Positions 1 through 12,826 of a DNA stretch of 45,001 nt are shown piece after piece. Both the position numbers and the translations under genes were made by a program. The stretch covers positions 1-45,001 of the forward strand of contig JYFJ02003210.1 of NCBI GenBank assembly GCA_000934665.2, in the 5' to 3' direction. How positions within the stretch are numbered: the first letter of the stretch is position 1; each line of letters starts with the position of its first letter. Source of the stretch: Catajapyx aquilonaris (lineage: Eukaryota). The notes under the pieces were generated by a model, which saw only the letters and a list, made by a program, of their open reading frames with translations, did no database searches and had not been told where the DNA came from.

Positions 1-290
1 CCCCCACACACACACACACAGACACAGAAATGATTCACTAATATTAATTAGTAATTAATGAGAAGCTTCATAATGATGCCACGACTTGTACCCGAGGGTC
101 AAATTGGAATGTATCGTTTAACTGCTGGAAATCTATAGAATTAATGATGAACTATTGTTTTTCTACTCGGGCCGGCCGCCTCTAAATTGCCACTTCCAAT
201 TGAAGGACCGACTGTGAGTGTAAAATGAGCGTAACTATGCCACAGAAAGAACTTTTTGAGCAAAGTGCGTAATATCTCGCTACTTCTTCT

Positions 291-3220
291 AGTCCAGGTG
301 CTAAGGGACAAATAATTTGACCAAAACTTTTCATTTTGTGACAAAAGTATGAAACTCGGTACACTTGTTCTTTGGACACTTCTGATCATATCTGGACGTG
401 GAGCCACGATGACCCGTGACCCCGGTGGAGGTCCATTTCGCAGGGTTGCCATAACTACCAGATGCAGCATCCTTTTTAGGACCTTGTATTGGGTGACAAA
501 AACATGAAACTCGCCACAATTGGTCTTTGGGCACTTCTGAACATGTCTGGATGTGGAGCCATGATGACTGACCCCGCTGTGGGTCACTTGCAGGGTTGCC
601 AGATCTAACGGACCAAACATACATCTCTGCGAAGATCATGTGAATTGGGAGCTTGCATATGGTGATAAAAACGTGAAACTCGGTACGGTAGTTCTTTGAA
701 CACATCTCAACATATCTGAACGTGCGGTCACAGTGGGTGACCCCTGGTGGCCTCGCCAGGGGTCACTATCGCGGAGTTGCCAAATCGAACATGTGTTGCA
801 CACCTTTACATGAAAAAGGGCCTTGCATTCGGTGATAAAACACTGCTAAAACATGAAACTCGCCCCCAATTGGTCTTTGGACACTACTGAACATGTCTGG
901 AAGTGAGGCCACTATGGATGACCCCGCTGGAGGTCACTCGCAGGGTTGCCAGATCTAATGGGCTCTCGAAGTCAACTATGTGAATAGGGAGCTTGCATTC
1001 GGTGACAAAGACGTGAAACTCGGTACAATATAGTTCCTTGCACACTTCCGAACATATCTGGACGTGGGGCCACGATGGCCCACCCCGGTGGAGGGCACTA
1101 TCGCAGGGTTGCCATATCTAACAGAATGAGCAACATGTGTTTATATTTGAATAATGAGCTTGCATTCGGTGGGTCATCGTGGCTCCACGTCCAGATATGT
1201 TCGGAAGTGTCCAAAGAACTAACGTACCTAGTTTTATGGCTTTGTCACCGACTGCAAGTTCCCTATCAAAATATAAACTCATGTTGCACAGTCTGTCAGA
1301 TATGGCAACGCCGCTATATAGTGCCCTCCACCGGGGTGCATATTGGCAAACCCCAAGTGGTCCCCGCAACCGGCCCTAATCCAGCCCTCCCATTGGCGGC
1401 ATCGGGTCCGTGACGTCACGCTCATTCACGACGTAGGGGGGAGCTCCATGTGACGTCATGGTTGCGTGACGTCATCCCTTCGCATGTCGAACAGGTGAGC
1501 ATTGCTCTCTTCCCGCAGAATTCTGTATTATACCGTACCTTTTTTAAAAGATACTTTTGCAGTGTGCAATGTCAAGGTCGAGTCAGAAGCGCAGTTAAGA
1601 GGTGATAAAACTAATAAAAAGGTATAATTTAAAACAGGCATAGTATGCATTGTAACAACTGCAGCAAAGCTAGGGGCAGGGGGAAACCCGATATTAGACA
1701 AATGAAATTACAAGTTTTTATTGATGAACAAACATTAGTGTAAGATAATTATTTACTATTACCTGTCACATTTATTACTGAGTGCCTTATGATATTAAAC
1801 ACCTACTGGCCCCAATCATTTTTTCCACAAAATGCTGGTATGACAGGTGGAATAAACAACTAGTTCACAACCCAGATAATAGTAATGTATAAGACCCTTA
1901 AAGTATACAACCCTTTCTTATTCCCTTTAGTTCCGACCTTTAGGACCCTTTAGTATACAAATAGTAATAAAGAAGGTAATTATTCCATCAAATATAAATG
2001 CATGCATCACATAGAGAATACCAAAAACAAACTGAGAAATTCTTTCATTTCAATGTGAAGCAGCATTAGACTGATTCTTCCCTCTTCCCTGTCAAATCGG
2101 CGCCAGGTTTTTTTTTTAATATCCCCCCCCCCCCCCCGGTCTACCCGTGTGCGAGCCAATAGGAACTCGCCATTCCAATGGCCAATTAATTTTGGAGGTA
2201 ATAAAGGTTTGCAGGTAGCAGAACGTGTTTTTTTATTAATAAAAAATAATTACACGACAATTTATATAATTTACGGTATTCAATTGTTCCTCATTCCGCC
2301 GTTCCGGCCTTTCACTGGCTGCACGCGAGTACATGACGTCACGAGAGTCCGTGACGTCACGGACACGATGCAGCCAATGGGAGGGCTGGATTAGGGCCGG
2401 TTGCGGGGACCACTTGGGGTTTGCCAATATGCCACCGGGGTGGGTCATCGAGGCCCCACGTCCAAATATGTTTGGAAGTGTGCAAAGAACTATATTGTAC
2501 CGAGTTTCACGTCTTTCTCACCGAATGCAAGCTCCCTATTCACATAGTTGACTTCGAGAGCCCATTAGATCTGGCAACCCTGCGAGTGACCCCCAGCGGG
2601 GTCATCCATAGTGGCCTCACTTCCAGACATGTTCAGTAGTGTCCAAAGACCAATTGGGGCGAGTTTCATGTTTTATCAGTGTTTTATCACCGAATGCAAG
2701 GCCCTTATATATTCATATAAAGGTGTGAAACACATGTTCGATTTGGCAACTCCGCGATAGTGACCCCTGGCGAGGCCACCAGGGGTCACCCACTGTGACC
2801 GCATGTCCGGATATGTTGAGATGTGTTCAAAGAACTACCGTACCGAGTTTCACGTTTTTATCACCATATGCAAGCTCCCAATTCACATGATCTTCGCAGA
2901 GATGTATGTTTGGTCCGTTAGATCTGGTAACCCTGCAAGTGACCCACAGCGGGGTCAGTCATCATGGCTCCACATCCAGACATGTTCAGAAGTGTCCAAA
3001 GACCAATTATTGTGGCGAGTTTCATGTTTTTGTCACCCAATACAAGGTCCTAAAGGATGCTGCATCTGGTAGTTATGGCAACCCTGAGAAATGGACCTCC
3101 ACCGGGGTGGGTCATCGTGGCTCCACGTCCAGATATGACCAGAAGTGTCCAAAGAACAAGTGTACCGAGTTTCATACTTTTGTCACAAAATGCAAAGTTC
3201 AACCCCTTAGCACCCGGACT
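291..3220. mobile_element. Foldback-type non-autonomous element with long inverted arms built from ~165-bp tandem repeats
   Basis: About 291-1420 is the reverse complement of about 2350-3220. Each arm holds about 5 diverged units (gtgacaaaa..gaaactcg..tctggacgtggagcc..cagggttgcc). The left arm has an extra segment (~1090-1335) that includes an inverted unit. The spacer is ~930 bp and AT-rich. Outer ends are approximate and no TSD was found. Confidence 0.75.
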
Positions 3221-3661
3221 ATTCAATGAAATATCATGCAAATTTCAGACCTTTTCTGCTTGCAAGGGTGTCTGCCTCTCTCTATGTCCTGCACAGAGCT
3301 TGGAGTTCGGGTGTGGATTTCTGTATGCTGGTTCGTCTCGCTGGCCTGTGCGGGTATTCCGGTCGTTTGGAGGATAATATTCTAGTCACTTGGAAGAATT
3401 TAACAGTTGCTGATTCCTCTTCCAGGGGGTGGGTGGGTGGGGGAATTTCTCAGCAAGTAGGCTACCGCGTTGCATAGTCGTGTAATATTTAAATATAAGA
3501 TTTAATATTGAGAGTTTGTCGTCTGAGATGGGCAGTGGTGGGGGGCCGGATGGGTGGTTTATAGGTTGATTTTTACAGGTTTTAATTTGGTTCATATTTT
3601 GGGTTAGCTTGTGACTCACGTCATCGCTGACTACCACTTATATACGGAAATGTCGTGATGC

Positions 3662-3707
<46 letters not shown>
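3662..3707. repeat. (TGT)n microsatellite
   Basis: Perfect run of about 15 tgt units. Confidence 0.95.
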
Positions 3708-4560
3708 AGATTAGTTTTATTGAAGGCCCTATACGGCTATACCCCGGTTGGCTGATCAGTGACTTTACATGAGGGCTCCCTCGTCGGTACATCCTTACAT
3801 GAATATTCCCTAACATGTCAATGTGTCACGTAATGTTCAGTTTAAACATATATAATCTATTATGGAACATCGGCCGACATTTTCCTAAGGGTAGAAATTT
3901 TCGGAACAGCGGGCCAAATCACGTTAATTGGTCCATTAAACTCTATACCTACCAAGGGATTGCTTTTATCACAATTTGCAGCTTTTGCTTAAAATACTGT
4001 ATTAGTTGAACCTCTTCCACTAATACGACTAGAGTGACTAGAAGACTATTATTATTAGCAGATTATTAGCCTCTGAGAAGGAAGGACCATAATTCAGCCG
4101 CCGACTAACAGATGGAGGGACGATCAGGCGCCACCAGCGCCACTAGGTGAACGGGAGTGGCGAGGGACGGAACTAACCCCTCCGACGCTGAATCGGGTAG
4201 GATTGCTGTGCATGGCGTGTACATTGGCTGCCAGGCAACAGATGGCACTAGTAGCAGAGATGACAGAGCCATTTCCCTGTAGACGGCGGAAGGGGGCTGA
4301 ACTAATCGTCACGAAATGTGCGAGGATAACGCGTGATGAACCATGGAGTGTATGATGACTGGGTGGCTCGGCATGCGCCAGATTTAAATAACCCAATATT
4401 GCACCATTACAATCATACTAATGAGTAATGTCCAACAACACCCCAAGCAGACAGTAGGCCTACCGTACATTCCATACAATCAGATAACTATAATCACCGA
4501 ATACATTCCTCACAGGCCAATTTATTACTTATCCTGACGGTATGGAAATAAATTCATTAA

Positions 4561-5450
4561 CCCTGTACTGCACACATTTAGGATTGTGGGAATAAAAAAA
4601 TTATAACGCCTTTTTCTCATCATATGCGACGTAAGGATGGGTTTTATTATGTTTTGGTCATCTCTGACCCAATGACTTTGAAGTTACACCGGGTGAGTCA
4701 AAAGTCATGGCGAGTATTTTTTTATTCAAAAATGGTAACACATACAGAGATGACCTTTGCTAAGTTTTGAAGGTCCGGTGATTACAATTTCATCTGATAA
4801 ATAGATGGCATCCATATCGCAAGGGGGTCCAGAAAACTAAAGGCGATCATAACCCCCACCCTTCCACCGTCTCATGCAGCTCGGGGGTGGGGGGTCACGA
4901 TCCCCTTTCGTTTACCGGCTCCCCTTGATATCTCGGGGCCATCTATATTCCAGTCCAAATTGTAATCGCCGGGGCTTTGAAACGTAGTAATGGTCATATC
5001 TGTACATGTTTCCGTTTTCGAATAAAAATAGTACAATGACTTAGGACTCAAACCTCAAGCAATATTGTGCCTGCGCCGCCAAAAAATTGTGATGAAATTG
5101 TGCTGGAAAAATTAGAATGGCCTCAAATGGCGACGAGAGAGCTACTCTTGCAGTGTTACACATGCAATTCGATATTTAATATCTGCACCTATATATCTAA
5201 TCAGCTCCAGAAACAATTGCTGCTTCAGCAAATTCAAATTTCGCGCCATTTTCAACGACCTTGGCTTCTCTCCGCCTCATACCATATCCCGATCGTAGGC
5301 CTATCATTGTCGACATTGCATGTCATCCAGCGGAAGCTAACGAACTAACGGTGACATCAAGCCACACTGTGGTTTCCAGGACCAATGTTGAAGCTTATGG
5401 CGCCTGCGCAAATTAATTGTTGCCCTCAGGCAACAATGCCCGCTACAGGG
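4561..5450. mobile_element. piggyBac-like MITE
   Basis: TTAA|CCCTGTA ... TACAGGG|TTAA termini; diverged internal inverted repeat at ~4695-4865 / ~4882-5049. Confidence 0.6.
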
Positions 5451-5869
5451 TTAACATACAATTCAGCACTACACGCTACGTTAATTGAATGTAATGTAGT
5501 CCAGCAGGCCTACCATCAAAACGGCGGATCCGTCCACGGAGCAGCCTGTGATCCACCCAGCTCCAGCTGCACCCGTTTGGGTACAATGGTGTGTCGTACT
5601 CGTACCCTACGTACTCGACTCATTTCTGACGGGTTCTGTGTGTGGTGATGTTGTAGTGGTATTAGTGGTATAGTGCCCGCAGCCCCAACCGTGGCTGGGT
5701 CATTCCACCTCAATTCAGGGAACGTGGTGGTTCGGCCAACTCCGAATTTATTGGAAATTTTCAGACAGGTTAACATGGGGGACACATGGAAAAACCCGAA
5801 TTTTTAGCTCCGTAGGACAATATGACGCCGAGATATGGCCGAGTCAAAAATGACGATTTTTGAGTTGTA

Positions 5870-6401
5870 GATTACTGCAATTACTTTTTTTTTTAAATCT
5901 CCGGAAGTAACACTCTCCACCCAATCAATTTATATATTTTCTCGGAGGTATTGGACCACAGAATCCAGGGAAATAATTCATGTACAGATATCTACTACCT
6001 ATCGGACACTGATAAATTAGCCAAATCTCTGTCAAATCTGCCGGCACTTTCAACAGCATTTGTCTGAACTCATTACATCGCTCTGGTGGGCCGAAACTGT
6101 ACGCGCTTCGTAATGTACCCTATATATCTGGGATTAAAATTGGAATGAGATAGGGGGGGGGGGGGAATCATAAATTCCGGGTTTTTCGCGAATTTCCGAT
6201 ATTTTGGTCCAAAATTTCGGCAGGTGTGACTGGATCGATTTTCGTTTTTTTTTGGCCTTAAAATGTGCATTACATCATGCTCTTTCAGGTCATAAGTGAC
6301 ACATTTGGTTTCCGACAGTGACAGGACAAGTACGTAGCGAAATTTTTAGTGACGCTCCCACTTCCACTTGTTGTGCTCCACCAGGCAGGGGGATCCCCCA
6401 T
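5870..6401. repeat. Dispersed repeat, copy 1 (~530 bp)
   Basis: Closely similar direct copy at ~7045-7593; both end in ccaccaggcagggggatcccccat. Confidence 0.85.
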
Positions 6402-6573
6402 TGTCGAATTGCGCGACAGATCTGCTAGGAAACTACAGCATATGTGTAGTCTCATAGCCTGTGGTACCTTTTCCGCAGATTAAAAATTACCAGGCATGTA
6501 TTTGAGCGGCCTACAAAAGTACAAATGCTACATAGTGACCAGTATCCCAATATTATTGTGGAAATGGAAGACC

Positions 6574-6793
6574 ACAATGCAATAAGGGCCCAATTGTGAA
6601 AAGTGAAAATGTTCGGGAAGCGAAAAAAAAGCTATTTATTTCTGTTTCTGTTCATGGTAGGCCATTGTGCTATAAACCTAATCACAGATATATACAACAT
6701 GAATACCTGACAGCACTTTCATCGAAATCGGCATGTAATTTATATTTTATTTAAATACTTTTAATGCTGAAAATTGGGCCCTTATTGCATTGT
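6574..6793. mobile_element. Small MITE-like inverted repeat
   Basis: acaatgcaataagggcccaatt ... aattgggcccttattgcattgt, a 22-bp inverted pair. Confidence 0.55.
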
Positions 6794-7044
6794 ATCGTTC
6801 CTTCCGTCCCAGGATAAAATTAATGAATGATATTATGATATACAGGAGACGTAGTATTCGCTTCAGAGAAATTACACATTATATTATTTTAATTATATTT
6901 AATGTGTTTTGGTCTCCCATGCCACCTAGCTAGGTCTACCTTACAAAGTAGCGGTCATTTTCCATGAGTTCCCCTTCATGCAAATGTTGTGAACTCACTC
7001 CTGACCTTATTTTTCGTCGCCTACTTGCGTTTTTCTTTCTTGCA

Positions 7045-7593
7045 GATTACTGCAATTACTTTTTTTTAAAAAAAATCTCCGGAAGTAACACTCTCCACCC
7101 AATCAATTTATATAATATTTTCTCGGAGGTATTGGACCACAGATTCCAGGGAAATAATTCACGTACAGATATCTACTACATATCGGTCACTGATAAATTA
7201 GCCAAATATCTGTCAAACCTGCACTTTCAACATAATTTGTCTTAAATCATTACATAGCTCTGGTGAGCCGAAACTGTACAAAGATTTGTCATATTGCTTC
7301 GTAATGTACCCTATATCTGGGATTAAAATTGGAATGAGATAGTCCATTTCATAAGGGGGGAGGAATCATAAATTCCGGGTTTTTCGCGAATTTGCGATAT
7401 TTTGGTCCAAAATTTCGGCAGGTGGGACTGGATAGATTTTCGTGTTTTTGGCCTTAAAATGTGCATTACATCATGCTCTTTCAGGTCATATATTATGATA
7501 CATTTGGTTTCCGACAGTGACAAGTGCGTAGCGAAACCTTTAGTGAGGCTCCAATTCCGCTTGTTGTGCTCCACCAGGCAGGGGGATCCCCCA
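7045..7593. repeat. Dispersed repeat, copy 2
   Basis: Direct repeat of 5870-6401. Confidence 0.85.
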
Positions 7594-8787
7594 TACACTG
7601 CAGTGACTCCCATTCAGCGAAATGAACGGGATTCCACACAAAAACGGGAGCTAGACGGAAGAGAAAAATAGGAAGACGACGCCAATAAATAAATTTGTAA
7701 ATAAAGTAAATAACTAACTAACCAACTAACTAAATAGTAAACAAGTAATGCACCCCATCCCTGCACGACGATCCGACAGTGCACCACAACCCGGCATGCC
7801 CACACCGAGCACGGCAACCCGGCACGCCCCTACCCTGCACCCCTTCCCTGCAAAAGGACCATCCAAAGGCACCCCACCACTGCACGATCCCGCAGTGCAC
7901 CCCATCCCTGCATATATGGACCATCCCAAGGCACCCCACGCATCCCTGAGGCATTTATCTGGATTTGCTGGCAAGCTCCTTAGCAATTAAAAATTGCGTC
8001 CCATGATTCCCTATTGGACGTGATGCCACACGCCACACCGTTCAACCATCATTTACTGTATTAATTATCAACTTAAATGCACAAAGCACAACTAATTGTC
8101 ATATGTGCAATTGCTGCAGAATTAGCCTATAAAGTCAAAATTATGGCAAGACTTCTGTGGCCATTTGAAAGGGATAGAAATTGCAAATTGCTCAACTTAC
8201 AAATGCATTTCCCCCCCCNCCCCCCCCCCCCCCCCCTAATTGGAGACATGCGCAATTAAAGACAGAGTTTCACTTTTTATATCATATAATTATTTAAAAC
8301 GCCCGTTAACATAAATGCATGTTGAGGCGTATACCATCACCCGATCATTTACTTTCACGTACGGTTCTCTGCCACTGCTGCTGATCGATGGATTCCTGCG
8401 ACAACACTCTGAGAGCCTGAAATAGCCTGCGCGATGTTCGTTGAAGATCCGGGGTAATGATATACTCTAGTTGCATCCAAAAATAAGAATAAAATGTATA
8501 CATTGCGGGCATTTGAAAAATCTGCCTGGCAGCAACAATTTTATTGCTCCATGTCGTGGAAGGTTACGCACTTGCAATTAAGCGGTATATAATTATGTAT
8601 ATAGTACACAATAAATCATCCAGCATAATACACAGTGTGACATGTCCAAACTCGGGATGCTTACATTTTCATTTTATTGCCCGTCTTCGTCGGGAATGAA
8701 TCCGCCATGAAGAGGTGTCACTGCAATAATTAATTCGAGGTACAAGTATATTGATGCACTAGTGCGGAAACACGACGCGCTGCATTA

Positions 8788-10269
8788 TTAGTCCGGATGC
8801 ACGCGAGTGACGTGTGCCTTGAGGTAGGAGCAGTGCTTGAAGGCCCTCGGGCAGAGAGGACACATGTACGGCCCCTGGTTCCTCTTCAGCGCCTGGCACT
8901 CTCTGCACATCCCTCCGACGCGTCCAGAACGCGCGGAAACGCGTCCGCACTGCCCGCACGGACCTTCCTCCGATTCATCCTCATCGTCAGACGCAGCAGC
9001 ACCCAGCACCGTCTGGACCAAGATGTAAGGCAGTGGCGGCGACGGAGACGGTCCTGGACTCGTCATCTTTCGGTCCAGGTCATCATCATCGTCATCATCA
9101 TCATCGTAGGGTAAGGAGGAGGATGAATCGGCGGCGGCTGCCTGCTGGAGGAGGCGGTGCTCTTCCTCCAGACGGTGCAGCTGCATGTGGTACATCAGCC
9201 CTGTCTCGCCGCTGCATACCTTGCCGCACTCGCTGCAACGACGCTTGCTGCTCCTGCAGTCCTCGTCGTTTACCGATGTTGCCACTGGCGGTGGCAGAGC
9301 AGCAGGAGTGGCCGCCGCGGGGGCTGACGGCCTCCGGTGGCGTCCAGCAGATGCCTTATTCGTCGTTAGGTCAATCGGCATCTCTGATGGAAGCAGCGTC
9401 GGGTAGCCCACTGATGTGGCAGGCAGCGTCGTCGTCACAGCAGGATGAGGAACAACAACCTGAGGCGTCGGAGATGCCGTGGGCGCGCCCACCTTCTCCA
9501 GGGCGGATATCAACACTCTGGCAGCTTCTGCGATGGGCTGAAGCACTGGCGACGGAACGACAGGAGTGCCCTTAATCGTTTCTGGCTGCATCGGCATGGG
9601 CAGGTCAGAAAGGATCGACGGCGTCTGTTCCCGCGGCGCCATCGGAGCCACCGTTGCAACCAGAGGCGTCGGAGGAGGAGTCGTGACCATCATCGGGGGA
9701 GTAATGGGCGCAGCATCAGCAGGAAAGGCCGTCGTCTTCCTGGGATGCTCCTCCCGCACGTGTCGTCGCAGCCGGTACGCATTGGCGCAGAGGACCCCGC
9801 AGTGACGGCACATCTTCTTCCTGTTCTCGTCGTGCCATCGACGGTGGCCCAGCAAGTCCTCCTTCCAGTCGAACTGAGCGTTGCAGATGGAGCACTGGTA
9901 CGGCTTAGACCCGATGAAGAAGAACGGCGTCATCTGCTGCTGCTGGTGATGCACCGGCGGGGGCGTCGTCACTCGCTTACTATTGTTAGCAATGGTCGTC
10001 GGCAGTGCCAGAGGGTCCTCCTGTTGCTGCGACTTGGCCGTACGAAGTAGCCAATCGGGGGTCGTCACCGTCGTTTCCTCCAGGTCCTCCGCATCGTCAT
10101 TACTATTGCCGCCGCCAACGCTGCTGTCCTGGTGAAGCCAAGGCAGGTCAATCACCAGCTTGTCGTCGTCGTCGTCAATGGTCAAGTCGTCGACCTCTTC
10201 CTTGACCACCACCCCGAACCCACCCAGTCCCCTTCCTCGGAACAGCATCTCGGCCACAGCTGCCGCCAT
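8788..10269 (-). CDS. C2H2 zinc-finger transcription factor (~493 aa, single coding exon)
   Basis: Four C2H2 fingers (CSIC..HRRWH, CRHC..HVREEH, CSEC..HMQLH, CPLC..HVTRVH), a PIDLT CtBP-type motif and a VKEE SUMO consensus. The start was placed at MAAAVAEM (10269); the in-frame stretch upstream looks intronic. Confidence 0.85.
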   Translation of the reverse strand: MAAAVAEMLFRGRGLGGFGVVVKEEVDDLTIDDDDDKLVIDLPWLHQDSSVGGGNSNDDAEDLEETTVTTPDWLLRTAKSQQQEDPLALPTTIANNSKRVTTPPPVHHQQQQMTPFFFIGSKPYQCSICNAQFDWKEDLLGHRRWHDENRKKMCRHCGVLCANAYRLRRHVREEHPRKTTAFPADAAPITPPMMVTTPPPTPLVATVAPMAPREQTPSILSDLPMPMQPETIKGTPVVPSPVLQPIAEAARVLISALEKVGAPTASPTPQVVVPHPAVTTTLPATSVGYPTLLPSEMPIDLTTNKASAGRHRRPSAPAAATPAALPPPVATSVNDEDCRSSKRRCSECGKVCSGETGLMYHMQLHRLEEEHRLLQQAAAADSSSSLPYDDDDDDDDDLDRKMTSPGPSPSPPLPYILVQTVLGAAASDDEDESEEGPCGQCGRVSARSGRVGGMCRECQALKRNQGPYMCPLCPRAFKHCSYLKAHVTRVHPD

Positions 10270-11918
10270 CCTACTCTGACTATCGTGACTGACTGACTGT
10301 CTGTCCGTCCTTCTCCGTCGTATCATGTTCAGCAAAATAAAAAAGACAAGCAGCATACGTGTCCTTATTACCTGCCAGCCAATGTCGATCGAGCATGAAT
10401 AAGTGACGAGTACGCGTGGCGGTCAAACGGCCACTGATCGATGGCATTGCCTCCTTATGCCCAACCATACCTGGGCCAACAGCACATTGTGTGTATACAC
10501 ATTCACTGGCCGACTGGCTTGCAATGCGTGTGTCTATGTGTGTGCAGAGGCAATCAGCTGGATGATGATGAGGGTGCAGGCCGACCCCAAACCCTTACTT
10601 TGCGCGCATTGCCTCCTCCACTATTCATGAATCAATTTCTAGTTTTATTCTTGGGCACTGTGATAGATAGATACACCTCCCGACAGTCCAAACCAAACGT
10701 ATCTCCCCCTCTACATATAGGCGGAAGTTGTCGCTTTCATTATTTGCAGCCAGCTGGACAACCCCCCACAACAATCGATTTGATTTACAAGGGTATATAC
10801 ACTCGCATGAAGAAACGCGACAACCGCAAGCAGACATGCGGATACGAATGTGTCCGGACTCCAAATAAATACAGGATAAAAATCCAGACAAGTCCTCTAC
10901 CAATGGACCACCTTATTGTCCGGCTAGGATACAACCTGATAATGCAATACATTTAGCTAAAATCTTGGTGATGTCAGCGATGAACAAGTAGAGCGATTTC
11001 ATCAAGACATCGCCAGCATGAAAAAGCGGTACCAAGGAAAATGGAATCCAAATATGTTGGCAGACTACTGCTGGACACTCAAGGGAGATATCCCACAAGC
11101 AAAATACAGCAGAAGGTCATCAATGGCTACTTTTTAATGGGTAATGCATATGTAACTTATATACCAGCTTCATATGTCTCCTTCAAATTTAAATTGTGTG
11201 TTACGTAAAAATCCTGCGTGATAGAAAGAAACTAATTACATATTTGAATTCAGCTGAAAAATAAAGTACTATTAGAATCACATATTATTCCCCGTGCTAC
11301 ACAAAAAAAGTTTATATTTCGTGCGGGGATGGGGTGCACATGTGGGCCGCGCTGGGTTGAGGGGACTTGCTTCAGCGTGCGAGAGAAAGGCCCACTTCGC
11401 CCTCAATTGTGTCACACGGTAGTATGTGAACGCGATGTAAAAAAGGCACACCGGTATGTTACTCATAAATGAGGACAAATAAAATCTTCACGAGACATAT
11501 GTTGAACTTGCATAAAAATCCAGTACTTTTCCACTATCGAACAATGGAAACTGATCCATAAAAAAAAAATTAAAAAAATGTATGGATTTGTCCTTCTTTT
11601 GAACAGCACAGACAGGTCATGATGTCCTGATGGCAAAGTCATGGTGCTGAATGCCAATTGAAAAGTTTTGCATAATTTAATTTAAAAAGTACTAGCACAA
11701 TTTCATATTTCATTAAACCTTTGAGGTCTATGAGCCTCATATGAGGTCCTGCAGGTTTCTGAACTGGGCGAGCTCGAGTTTAGACAGAAATGGCGCAGTT
11801 TGAGGCTCAAACTGCTCCTACCACCTCGTGGAAGGGGGCTCCACTACCACGGTGTATACTAATCAGTTATTCCGCCTCCCAGCATGAGCTACACATACCC
11901 CCTCCCATGGCGTCAGAA

Positions 11919-12225
11919 CAGGGTGTCCCGGAAGTCTGGACTCTTAGGAATTTCTCATAGTACAGTCCTGGTACAGTGTTTTAGTATTATTTTGTAACCC
12001 TAGTAACAATTTTATAGTGATTAAAAATTTATTTAATTAAATTATACATTTAGGCCCCTAGTCTGATGACCCGGGGTAAGCTATCCCGGGAGCAATCACC
12101 ATGGCAGCATATGTAAAAGGATAGCAGTAAACAAGCAGTTACCCCAGGGGGCAAGCTACCCCGGGTCACCAGACTATATACCTTAAAGTTAATTGCACTT
12201 TTTTTACAAATTCTGGAACACCCTG
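11919..12225. mobile_element. Tc1/mariner-type MITE (CAGGGTG termini) with a nested short inverted-repeat element at ~12053-12182
   Basis: cagggtgtcccgga ... tctggaacaccctg|TA; internal tagtctgatgacccggggta ... taccccgggtcaccagacta. Confidence 0.55.
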
Positions 12226-12826
12226 TAGATGAATTTTTTCGGAAATTGACATTCAAAAGGACCTTCATGAGTTAAAATGATAAATATAGGAGCATATTGT
12301 TTTCCATTAATATCACTCCTACAAATTTTGGTCAAGAAAAAAAAAGGCCCCAAAAAAATCCCGCCATCAATAAGGGTTAAAAATCATGTGTAGTGGACTT
12401 TCACCATCCACTCATGGGGAATGGAGACAGTCAATGATGTAAGGTAAACACTATTTGCATGATAAAGGTTGACAACCATGTGGCATTGCAGAAACAGGCT
12501 GTGCTTCATAATGCAGTAGTAGTTACGACACGTCTAAAATCAATATCTTCAGACCTGGTGTAAGTTCCATTAATTAAAGTAGACTGGCTCATTAAATAAC
12601 AACTTGGTCCGTTGAAAGTTTTATACAATAGTTGTCATACAATATGAACTAGCAGATACTCTATTCACAGGTAAGGTTGTACACAACTTGTCTGTTTAAT
12701 GCCTTTACCTATTTTAAAATACACTGCAAGGAAACCAGCAATCCAATGCATTAGCAGTGTAAAAGTTTGAATTAACAAATTACCCACCGAACTGTAAAAC
12801 AAAATTACTTCAAAAACTAAAATTGT

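Noticed and set aside
337..1170. Regularly spaced repeats suggesting a CRISPR array
   Set aside because: Whole ~165-bp units are homologous, there are no unique spacers or cas genes, and the context is eukaryotic
141..3377. ORFs of 60-159 aa in the first 3.4 kb
   Set aside because: They are mirror-image translations of the tandem-repeat arms, with no domain signal
4081..4300. CTCF-like motifs (caacagatggcacta)
   Set aside because: Partial matches only; not supportable without a PWM scan or ChIP data
8211..8236. Poly-C tract containing an N
   Set aside because: Homopolymer sequencing ambiguity, not a biological feature
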